Positions 19,099 through 27,917 of a stretch of 64,000 nt of DNA are shown here, piece by piece. Below the pieces are notes generated by a model. That model was not told the origin of the DNA and searched no databases. It saw nothing but the letters and a program-made list of their open reading frames with translations. Location of the stretch: the NCBI GenBank assembly GCA_963765635.1, contig CAVXXF010000002.1, forward strand, positions 210,363 through 274,362. Direction: 5' to 3'. Each line of letters begins with the position of its first letter. Within the stretch, counting starts at the first letter, position 1. Source of the stretch: an uncultured Thermoleophilia bacterium (GTDB lineage: Bacteria > Actinomycetota > Thermoleophilia > UBA2241). A program made the position numbers and the translations under genes.

Positions 19099-20409
19099 CT
19101 AGCGCGCGAGGCGGCCGGGGCCGTAGACGCCGGCCGCCTCCTCGCGGATCTGGTCTCTGAATGCTGGGTCGGCGATCTCGATGAGCGCTTCGGCGCGTTC
19201 GCGCAGGCCCATGCCGCGCAGGTGCGCGACGCCGTGCTCTGTGACGATGTAGTCGACGTCGGCGCGCATGGTGGTCACCGCCGTGCCGGGGCTGAGGGCG
19301 GCGACGATGCGCGACACGGCGCCCTTCTTCGCCGTGGACGGCAAGGCGATGATCGCCTTGCCGTCGCGGCTGCGGGCGGCGCCGCGCACGAAATCGACCT
19401 GCCCGCCGATGCCGGTGAACTGCACGGCGCCCATGGTGTCGGCCACCACCTGACCCTGCAGGTCGACCTGGATCGCCGAGTTGATGGCCACCACGCGGTC
19501 GTTCTGACCGATGAGATACGGGTCGTTGATGATGTTCACGGGGAACATGTTGACGGCGGGGTTGTCGTCGACGAAGTCGTACAGGCGGCGAGTGCCCATG
19601 AGGAAGGTCGCCGCCATCTTGTCGCGGTTGATGGTCTTGTTGCGGTTGGTGATGACGCCCTCGTTGTAGAGGTCGACGACGCCCTCGCTGAACATCTCGC
19701 TGTGGATGCCGAGGTCGTTCTTCTCGTGCAGAAAGAGGAGCACCGCGTCGGGGATGCCGCCGATGCCGAGCTGCAGGCAGGAGCCGTCCTCCACGAGGCC
19801 GGCGATGTGCTTGCCGATGGCCTCCTCGACGGGGCCGATGCGCGGCGGCTGCAGTTCGATGATCGCCTGCTCGCTCTCGACGACGAAGTCGATCTCGCTG
19901 ACATGGATGAACGAATCGCCGTGGGTGCGCGGCATGTTGGGGTTCACTTGGGCGACGACGGTCTTGGCGACCTGGGCGGCCGGCTTCGTGTAGTCCACCG
20001 AGACGCCGAAGGAGCAGAAGCCGTGCTTGTCGGGCGGCGACACATGGATGAGCACCACGTCGGGCGGCAGGTAGCCCTCGCAGAACAGCTTGGGGATCTC
20101 GTGGAAGAACACCGGGATGTAGTCGCCGCGCCCGTCCTTGACCGCCTCCCGCGAGGAGGCGCCGACGAACAGCGACTTGTGGAAGAAGGAGTCGGCGAAC
20201 TCGGGCTGGCAGTACTCGCCCTTGCCCATGGCGACCATGTGGTTGATCTCGACGCGCTCCAGATCGGCGGCCCGCGCCACGAGCGCGTCGACCAGCTCGA
20301 GGGGTTCGCCGCAGGCGTGCGCGAACACCACGCGGTCGCCCGACTTCACGCAGTCCATCGCCACGGCGGGGGAGACCCGTTTGCGATCGTAGTCCGACTT
20401 CCACTCCAT
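19099..20409 (-). CDS. abfT: 4-hydroxybutyrate CoA-transferase (acetyl-CoA hydrolase/transferase family)
   Basis: Start taken at internal MEWKSDYDRKRVSPAVAMDC. The track ORF has a Ser/Pro-rich extension. Family pattern throughout (GIGGIPDAV...; ...TEHGVAHLRG). Confidence 0.8.
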   Translation of the reverse strand: MEWKSDYDRKRVSPAVAMDCVKSGDRVVFAHACGEPLELVDALVARAADLERVEINHMVAMGKGEYCQPEFADSFFHKSLFVGASSREAVKDGRGDYIPVFFHEIPKLFCEGYLPPDVVLIHVSPPDKHGFCSFGVSVDYTKPAAQVAKTVVAQVNPNMPRTHGDSFIHVSEIDFVVESEQAIIELQPPRIGPVEEAIGKHIAGLVEDGSCLQLGIGGIPDAVLLFLHEKNDLGIHSEMFSEGVVDLYNEGVITNRNKTINRDKMAATFLMGTRRLYDFVDDNPAVNMFPVNIINDPYLIGQNDRVVAINSAIQVDLQGQVVADTMGAVQFTGIGGQVDFVRGAARSRDGKAIIALPSTAKKGAVSRIVAALSPGTAVTTMRADVDYIVTEHGVAHLRGMGLRERAEALIEIADPAFRDQIREEAAGVYGPGRLAR

Positions 20410-20413
20410 GCGC

Positions 20414-20671
20414 TTACTCCTTGAGCTTTCGCGTGACCGTGGGCGCGAGCTCGGCGGCCGGCGTGGGGACGCCGTCGACGAGCTCGCCGGCGACGACCAC
20501 GGTACCGGGGTCGTCGCTGACGAGCAGGTGGTCTGAGGCGCAGGCGCGAGGGCAGCCATTGACGTGCACGGTGACTCCCGGATCTACACCAGGGTCCTCG
20601 GCGAGCAGTTCGCCGGCCACGGCGGTACGGTCGATGTGGGGGTTGCAGCCCCCGCAGTACACGACCTTCAC
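20414..20671 (-). CDS. Small 85-aa four-cysteine protein (CxxC...CxxxC), thioredoxin-like or metal-binding; translationally coupled to abfD
   Basis: Own translation: MKVVYCGGCNPHIDRTAVAGELLAEDPGVDPGVTVHVNGCPRACASDHLLVSDDPGTVVVAGELVDGVPTPAAELAPTVTRKLKE. The GTG start overlaps the abfD TGA (GTGA). Stop is 4 nt before the abfT ATG. In the track this DNA is hidden inside the junk ORF 20414..21364. Confidence 0.55.
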   Translation of the reverse strand: MKVVYCGGCNPHIDRTAVAGELLAEDPGVDPGVTVHVNGCPRACASDHLLVSDDPGTVVVAGELVDGVPTPAAELAPTVTRKLKE

Positions 20672-22167
20672 GCGTCGGCTACCGCCGTGGGGGCCTTGAC
20701 CTTGCCCTTGTCCCACGGTTTGCCCACGCCGGCCAGCGCCTTGGCCAGATCCTTCTTGTGATCGATGTTGGACTGGCGCGCGATCATGATGCGCTGCGCC
20801 TGCGGTGAGCCCGCGCCGTGCATGCTCTCGGTGCGGTAGCCGACGGCCGCGGTGCCCAGCGTGAGGTTTTCGACGAGGCGCAGGATGCGCATGCGGTCGA
20901 TGGTCGGCGTGTCGCACTGCCCCACGAGATACTTCTCGACGATGGGGCCGAGCTTTTCGTCGGCGAGGTCGTGAGCCGACGGCATGGTGACCATGAGGCC
21001 GCCGGCGATGTCCTCGGCGAGGCGCGCGATCTCGTAGGGGAAGCGCGTGACGTTCTGCTTGCACACGTTGGCCAGCAGCATGTCGATCTGGAAGTTGCCG
21101 GCCGGCATCTTGACGCCCTCGTAGGAGCAGGCGAGCCCGCACGAGAACAAGGTCTCGTTGAGATGCGTCATCTCGATGAGCTTGTCCTTGATGTGGCTGG
21201 CCCTGGCGGCGCCGTTCATGTCGGCGGCTGTGGCGGCGGCGCCGATGAGCACGTCGCCGACGCCGACCTTGCAGCCGCCGTAGCTCTGGCGGTGGAAGCC
21301 GGCGAAGCGCTCGACGAGCGCTCCGGAGAACTCGATCTCGCCGCACAGGTACACCCTGTCCCACGGCACGAACACGTCGTCGAACACCATCAGTGCCTCT
21401 TGCCCGCCGAACTGGGCGTTGCCCACGTCGAGGTCGTTGCCCTCGAGCTTGCGCGTGTCGCAGCTCTGGCGGCCGTAGATGTAGTACACGCCCTCGGCGT
21501 TGGCCGGGCAGCTGAAGCTCACGGCGTAGTCCTCGTCGCCTTCGCGCATGGCGACCGTGGGCATGACGATGATCTCGTGAGAGTTGCAGGCGCCCGTCTG
21601 GTGCGCCTTGGCGCCGCGCACCACGATGCCGTCATCGCGCTTGTCGACGATGTGCAGGTACATGTCGGGGTCGGGCTGCTGGTGGGGCGCCAGGCCGCGA
21701 TCCCCCTTGGGATCGGTCATGGCGCCGTCGGCCACGAGGTCGTTGTCCTGCAGGTACTGGACGTACTTCTTGAAGCGCTCGTGGTACTGCGTGCCTCGCG
21801 CCTTGTCCGTCTCGTAGGTCACGGAGTACAGGGCGTTGATGGCATCCATGCCCACGCAGCGCTGGAAGCACGAGCCTGTCTTCTGGCCCAGCAGGCGCTG
21901 CATCTTGACCTTCTTGCTGAGGTCGTCGGTGGACTGGTGGATGTGGGTGAAGCGGTTGACCTTCTTGCCCGTGAGGTGGCTGGTGGCCAGCATGAGGTCT
22001 TCGTACTCGGGCAGAGCCGCCAGCTCGTAGGTCATGGCGATGCAGTTGATGCTGGGGCGGATCACGGGGTGGTCCACGTAGTCGTCGATCTGCTCGCCGA
22101 ACATGTAGATCTTCAGGTGCAGGTCGGCGATGCTCTGGCGGAACTCCTCGGGCGTCTTGAGAGCCAT
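20668..22167 (-). CDS. abfD: 4-hydroxybutyryl-CoA dehydratase / vinylacetyl-CoA delta-isomerase
   Basis: 500 aa from MALKTPEEFRQSIADLHLKIYMFGEQIDDYVDHPV.... Characteristic Cys/His [4Fe-4S]-FAD enzyme pattern (CFQRCVGMD; HQTGACNSHE; C..C). Confidence 0.85.
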   Translation of the reverse strand: MALKTPEEFRQSIADLHLKIYMFGEQIDDYVDHPVIRPSINCIAMTYELAALPEYEDLMLATSHLTGKKVNRFTHIHQSTDDLSKKVKMQRLLGQKTGSCFQRCVGMDAINALYSVTYETDKARGTQYHERFKKYVQYLQDNDLVADGAMTDPKGDRGLAPHQQPDPDMYLHIVDKRDDGIVVRGAKAHQTGACNSHEIIVMPTVAMREGDEDYAVSFSCPANAEGVYYIYGRQSCDTRKLEGNDLDVGNAQFGGQEALMVFDDVFVPWDRVYLCGEIEFSGALVERFAGFHRQSYGGCKVGVGDVLIGAAATAADMNGAARASHIKDKLIEMTHLNETLFSCGLACSYEGVKMPAGNFQIDMLLANVCKQNVTRFPYEIARLAEDIAGGLMVTMPSAHDLADEKLGPIVEKYLVGQCDTPTIDRMRILRLVENLTLGTAAVGYRTESMHGAGSPQAQRIMIARQSNIDHKKDLAKALAGVGKPWDKGKVKAPTAVADA

Positions 22168-22419
22168 CGGACAACTCCTCACGGGCGAGCGCGCGCTCTC
22201 GCGGGGCGCGCGCGGTGGCTAGCGGTGCGGTACTTCTGACTATAGAAGCGAGGCTGGGCTTCGTCAATTATCGCTAAAGACCAGCCAATCAGTGGCATCC
22301 AACTTGGACATTCCGTACAAGAACTGACGCTGCCCGAAGGTCCGCCGGGGGGTGGAGCGGGCCGCCTGCGGCCGCCGCCCCCGCCGGCACGTTTCGCCAA
22401 GGTGTACCAATTGGACTAG

Positions 22420-22448
22420 GCCCAGCGGGCAAGTTTGGCCCGCTGGGC
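22420..22448. promoter_or_regulatory. Perfect 11-bp inverted repeat (gcccagcgggc-N7-gcccgctgggc), about 100 nt upstream of gdhA; a CCAATTGG palindrome lies just upstream at ~22406-22413
   Basis: Read directly from the sequence in the divergent abfD/gdhA intergenic region. Confidence 0.35.
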
Positions 22449-22548
22449 GACTGCGGGGTGGCACGCGACGGCGTATACTCCGGGCGCCCCGCGCCGCTGT
22501 CTCAGACGCGCGAGGCATGCATCCGGACCGCCAAGTGGAGGGCACTAC

Positions 22549-23910
22549 ATGAGCACATTCGTCGACGAGTATATGGCCTGGCTGAAGGCCAAGAACCCTG
22601 CTGAGCCCGAGTTCCATCAGGCAGCGATGGAGGTCGCGGAGTCCCTCGAGGTCGTCCTCGACAGGCACCCGGTCTATCGCGAGAAGAAGATCCTCGAGCG
22701 CATCTCCGAGCCCGAGCGCGTCATCCTGTTCCGCGTGCCCTGGATCGACGACAAGGGCGAGGTCCAGCTCAACCGCGGCTTCCGCATCGAGATGAACAGC
22801 GCCATCGGCCCCTACAAGGGCGGCATGCGCTTCCACCCCACCGTGTACCTCGGCCTCCTCAAGTTCCTCGCCTTCGAACAGGTGTTCAAGAACTCTCTGA
22901 CCACGTTGCCCATGGGCGGCGGCAAGGGCGGCTCCGACTTCGATCCCAAGGGTAAGAGCGACAACGAGGTCATGCGCTTCTGCCAGAGCCTCATGACCGA
23001 GCTGTGCCGGCACATCGGCCAGTTCACCGACGTGCCCGCCGGCGACATCGGCGTGGGCGGCCGTGAGATCGGCTTCATGTTCGGCCAGTACAAGCGCGTG
23101 CGCAATGAGTTCGTCGGCGTGCTCACCGGCAAGGGTCTGAACTGGGGCGGTTCCCTGATCCGCCCGGAGGCCACGGGCTACGGCGCCGTGTACTTCGCCG
23201 CCGAGATGCTCGCCACGCGCGGCGAGACCCTTGAGGGCAAGACCTGCCTCGTCAGCGGCTCCGGCAACGTGTCGCAGTACGCCATGGAGAAGATCCTCGA
23301 CCTCGGCGGCAAGCCGGTCACCTGCTCCGACTCGGGCGGCTACATCTACGACGAGGCCGGCATCGATCGCGAGAAGCTCGCCTTCGTGCTCGAGCTCAAG
23401 AACGTCAAGCGCGGCCGCATCAGCGAGTACGCCGACAAGTTCCCGGGCGCCGTGTACACGCCCGTCGACAAGGCCAAGGACCACAACCCGCTGTGGGCCC
23501 ACAAGGCAGACTGCGCCTTCCCCTGCGCCACGCAGAACGAGATCAACGCCAAGGACGCCCAGAACCTGGTCGACAATGGCGTGTACCTGATCAGCGAGGG
23601 CGCCAACATGCCGACGGTGCCCGAGGGCGTCAACCTCTTCGTTGAGAAGAAGCTCCTCTACGGCCCCGGCAAGGCCGCCAACGCCGGCGGCGTGGCCACC
23701 TCGGGCCTCGAGATGAGCCAGAACAGCCTGCGCCTCGCCTGGACGCGTGAAGAAGTGGACGCGCGCCTGCACGGCATCATGAAGGCCATCCACAAGCAGT
23801 GCATCGACGCCTCCGCCGCCTACGGCTTCGAGGGCAACTACGTGGCGGGCGCCAACATCGCCGGCTTCCTCAAGGTCGCCGACTCGATGCTCGACCAGGG
23901 CGTCGTCTGA
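22549..23910 (+). CDS. gdhA: NADP-specific glutamate dehydrogenase
   Basis: MSTFVDEYMAWLKAKNPAEPEFHQA...KGGMRFHP...GGGKGGSDFDPKGKS. Hexameric GDH signature including the catalytic Lys region. Confidence 0.9.
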   Translation: MSTFVDEYMAWLKAKNPAEPEFHQAAMEVAESLEVVLDRHPVYREKKILERISEPERVILFRVPWIDDKGEVQLNRGFRIEMNSAIGPYKGGMRFHPTVYLGLLKFLAFEQVFKNSLTTLPMGGGKGGSDFDPKGKSDNEVMRFCQSLMTELCRHIGQFTDVPAGDIGVGGREIGFMFGQYKRVRNEFVGVLTGKGLNWGGSLIRPEATGYGAVYFAAEMLATRGETLEGKTCLVSGSGNVSQYAMEKILDLGGKPVTCSDSGGYIYDEAGIDREKLAFVLELKNVKRGRISEYADKFPGAVYTPVDKAKDHNPLWAHKADCAFPCATQNEINAKDAQNLVDNGVYLISEGANMPTVPEGVNLFVEKKLLYGPGKAANAGGVATSGLEMSQNSLRLAWTREEVDARLHGIMKAIHKQCIDASAAYGFEGNYVAGANIAGFLKVADSMLDQGVV

Positions 23911-23940
23911 CCGACCGAGCGACTCAAAGGAGCTAGTACG

Positions 23941-24282
23941 ATGAAAAAGATCGAGTGCTTCATTCAGCCCTACAACCTCGACACCGTCGCCGAGGCGCTG
24001 GCCGTCGAGGGCGTGCTCGGCATGTCCGTCGGCGAGGTCAAGGGCTTCGGCGTGCAGAAGGGCTTCACGCGCGGCGAGGACGTCAAGGCGCACGAGTACC
24101 GCTTCCACCCCAAGATGAAGGTCGAGATGGTCGTGCTCGAGAGGGACGTCGAGCGCATCGTGGCGGCCATCACCAAGTCGCTGAAGAGCAACCAGATCGG
24201 CGAGGGCAAGATCTTCGTGCTGCCGATCGACGACGCCGTGCGCACGCGCACCGGCGAGCGCGGTCGCGACGCTATCAAGTAG
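23941..24282 (+). CDS. P-II (GlnB/GlnK)-family nitrogen regulatory protein, divergent
   Basis: 113 aa. MKKIECFIQPYNLDTVAEALAVEGVLGMSVGEVKGFGVQKG...GKIFVLPIDDAVRTRTGERG. P-II fold with T-loop region. Confidence 0.75.
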   Translation: MKKIECFIQPYNLDTVAEALAVEGVLGMSVGEVKGFGVQKGFTRGEDVKAHEYRFHPKMKVEMVVLERDVERIVAAITKSLKSNQIGEGKIFVLPIDDAVRTRTGERGRDAIK

Positions 24283-24327
24283 CACGCCTGACTGCGGCTG
24301 CGGCCGCAGGCGCGACGAGTACACGAG

Positions 24328-24372
24328 GGGCCCGGCGCCGTTTCAGCGGCCGGGCCTCTCGGCTTTTCTGTC
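24328..24372 (+). terminator. Intrinsic terminator after the gdhA-P-II operon
   Basis: Stem ggcccggc / gccgggcc with an 11-nt loop, followed by tctcggcttttctg. Confidence 0.55.
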
Positions 24373-25038
24373 ACGCGCGCGAGAGCGGCGGCTGCGCCGC
24401 GCTCCCTCGCTTCGCGGGGGCGTCACGGGGCTGCCCCTGGGCTCGCTGTAGGGTCTGCGGCTTCAGCCCGCCGTCACTGCTGCCGATGATGGGAGCAGTC
24501 CTGAGGGGCTCCGCTGCGCTCCGCCCCGGGATATGAAGGTTTCGGGAGTTTCGTGTTGCACCGCTAACGGGCACACGGTAGAGTGCCCCACAACGGACGT
24601 GCCCGGACGGGCGTCCGACGGCGTGTAGGAGGCTACGAAGAGGGAGGTGGGTGCTTCTGCCGGAGAAGGAAAGTCGTGGCTCGCGTTGTAGAGAGACACC
24701 TGACCGAGTCTATCTGGAGGTCGTTCGACCTTGAGGGTCCCCAAAATCAGAAGCGCACAACTCGCGGCTCCGGTCCTCGCTGGACTCCCACGCCGCGGTC
24801 GTTATAGAGTGTGTAGTTGTGTGGAGTAAGCAGCACAGGGGGCGTTGTGTTCGTTCGTGCAGCGACGAGCAGAACGCGAAAGCGGGTCAGTGCATGGCCC
24901 CGACTCAGGCGGGTAGGGCTCTGCAAGCAAGCCTTGGAGGTGGTCGTGTCGTGAAAAAAATATGCGTCCCCGTGGGTGCATCATCCCACGTCAATTTGGC
25001 TGAAAGCCATCGTAGTGAACCACTCAGGAGGTCGTAAC

Positions 25039-27673
25039 ATGCAGCAAACGAAACGAAGGAGTAAGAAGGGCGTCATCCTTCTTGCGTTGACGATCGCCTT
25101 GCTGGTCTTGGCGTTCGTGCCGGCCGCGATGGCCGCCGGGCCGGGTTTCCTCACGGTGAACAACGGCGCCACCATCATCGGCGACACCACACGTCACGCT
25201 CCAGTTCAAGAGTGACGCTGTCGTTCTGGGCATCACTCAGTACACGATTCAGGACTCCAACGCAGGTGCTGGTCTCTTCGTTCCCCCGTCGCCGACCAAG
25301 GTGCCCTACGTCGCCGACGCGCTCATCGACATCGACTACACGATGGCGAGCACGGCGACCCCGGTCGTGGGCCAGTCCTTCACGGTGCGGGTGCGTTTCT
25401 ATGACGCCGGCAACAACGTCGTGGACACTTACGACCGCAACCGTGGTTTTCGACAATACCAAGACGGTCTCGGTGCTCGACTGGAACGGCTATGGCATCG
25501 CCGGCGACTACGGCACGACGCTGGTTCGGCGTACCGTCGCGCCTTCACGCCGGTCCGGGCCAATCTCTCCACCACCGGCGCTGCGCCTCACTCCATCGTC
25601 TGGAAGATCGACAGCGGCGCTTGGGCGGATCTTCTGTGCCCGCGGCTGTCGACCCGATCGACTTCGGTAGCATCTTCGCCGACGGCAAGCACACGATCGC
25701 AGCACTACGGTGTCGCAGCCGATACGCTGATCACTGACGGCGCAGTCACCTTCAGCGAGTTCGGCTGGGACATCGACTGCCTCCGACCGTGGACCTTCAG
25801 CAGAGGCCCCAGCACGACCAAGTGGTACGGCAACGCGCCGATCCCGTGGGCCGCGACGATCACTGACGACACCGGCTCGGGCGTGGCTCCGACGCCGCTC
25901 GTCAGCTATACCGACGCGGCGGCTCACTGGCGTTCGTGACGCCACCCCGCTGCCGTGGTCGATGTACCGCTATCAGGCCAGCGGCATCGTCCCGGTCGGC
26001 GCTGACGTGAATGTGCACCGCTGTCGACATGGTCGGCAATGGCGGCACCGATCTGGATACGCCTCTCAGGTGGGACCTCATCGCTCCTCATACCTCCTAC
26101 ACACTCGAACACCCAACTGCAAACGCAGACAGCATCGCGGGCTGGACCAACAAGGACGTCAAGGTGACGTTCCACGCGATGGACCCGGGCGCTCCCTTGA
26201 CGGGCTCCGGCGTGGCCTACACCGAGTACATCGAGGGTAACGCCACCTCGACCGCGCCTGCGTTCAGCGCGTCGGGCACCAAGCTCACAGTCGCTGCCGA
26301 TGGCACGTCTTCGATGACCGTCACCGAGACGGCTCCCACCGGCCCCCGCGTCGTCTGGTTCCGCTCGGTCGACAAGGCCGACCCGGCCAACAAAGAAGTC
26401 TGGCAGTCGGTCTATATCTTCATCGACAAGCTCGCCCCGACGTTCACAACCGACGCTCCGAGCTGGTGGATCAACGGCCCGACTGTCCAGATTTCTTGAT
26501 CTCCCTGACTGTGGAGGATCTGAACAGCGGCGTCCTCTCGCCTCCGGGCCTCGAGTACAAGGTCCCCGGCTGGCATGGAGCAATAGCCGACTGGACGGCC
26601 GGCACGTCCATCGCTCTCTCGGTGGACTATCTCGGCCACTTCACCGACGGGCTCTATGACTACATGTGGCGTGCCTCCGACTTGGCCGGCAACACGGGCG
26701 AGGGCAGCGGCAAGTTCGGTATCGACTCGCGTGCTCCCGTCACCGACGGCGCCGCGGGCTGGATCAACGGCACCAAGCCGTACGTCCTGACAGCGACCGA
26801 CCAGGTCATCGGCGCCGGTACTGCCGCGACGTCCTACCGCGTCGACCAGGCCACCCCATGGACCACTAACGTCGCCGGCACCGTGGCGACACAGCTCATG
26901 ACTGAGCTGCCGCTCTTCGCTCAGGTCCAGGGTGCTCTGCACACGATCGACTTCGCGTCCTTGGGACGCGGCGCTCCCGTACGGCTACACGCCCGTTACG
27001 GGCATTCCGAGCTGGCATTTCGGAAACTACGAAGGCCTGACGTTCGTGTGGGGCGGCATCAGTGAGCAGCGCATCACCACGATCACCGGCTACAAGACCC
27101 GCACCGTGCAGCTCGACATCACGGCTCCTGCGGTCACCGCCATGGATCCCAAGCTCGGCGAATGGCAGAAGGGCCCGGCCATCGTCAACTTCAGCGGCAC
27201 CGATGTTGGCTCCGGCTATGCCTACACCGAGTGGAAGACCAGCGGCTCCGACTGGACCAAGGGTGAGGTCGCCTCAGTCGGCGGCAACGGTGAGATCACC
27301 GTCACCTACCACGGCGTCGACAAGGTCGGCCTCGTGTCGGCCGACCAGACCATCATGGTCAAGGTCGCCTCGCACCCGTCCGAGCGTCACCGGCGGCAAC
27401 GTCACCGTCAAGAAGGGCCACAAGGCCACCATCCGCTTCAACGTCACTGCGGTCACGCCGACGGCCACCAGCGTCGTCATCGAGATCCGCAACAAGGCCA
27501 CTGGCAAGACGTACATCACCAAGCGTTATGCCAACGTGACCACGAATTCCGATCAGACCAGGTCCTTCAAGGTCAATCTCAAGAAGGGCAAGTACAACAT
27601 CCGCATCGGCGCCACCGATGCAGCCGGCAACGTGCAGGCCAAGAGGGGCGGCGGCACTCTGACGGTCAAGTAA
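25039..27673 (+). pseudogene. Secreted multi-Ig-like-domain surface protein, pseudogenized (at least 5 frameshifts/stops), paralog of the two downstream genes
   Basis: AGGAGG SD and signal peptide (MQQTKRRSKKGVILLALTIALLVLAFVPAAMAAGPG). Coding signal then continues through track ORFs 25212, 25301, 26011, 26466, 26932 and 27062 in changing frames. Repeated D-x-AGN motifs. C-terminal domain (...KGKYNIRIGATDAAGNVQAKRGGGTLTVK) homologous to the C-termini of 27918..29516 and 29679..31190. Confidence 0.7.
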
Positions 27674-27917
27674 GTCACGACCGCCTTCACTCGAAGGCAG
27701 CTGCAGTGGGCGGGGCGCCGAAAGGCGCCCCGCCCATTTTTTGTGCCCGGCAACAGGTTCGAGGGGCGGTCGGAGGGTACGCTGAGCAGTGTGGAAGGCC
27801 GCAGAACACGTGGCCGTCTCGAGAGGGCGCCTTGCCTTTGCAGGCTCAGCCCGGTAGAACTAAGGCAAGGGACCGCTGGCGCTTCGCCCGCCAGACCAAC
27901 GGCATCGGAGGTACCGC

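Noticed and set aside
20414-21364. 316-aa minus ORF overlapping abfD
   Set aside because: Mostly an Arg/His-rich wrong frame of abfD. Only its last 85 codons, in frame after a GTG overlapping the abfD stop, are accepted as a real small gene.
22264-24324. 686-aa minus-strand ORF spanning gdhA and the P-II gene
   Set aside because: Antisense to two genes with textbook motifs. Translation is low-complexity (G/A/D/L/V-rich).
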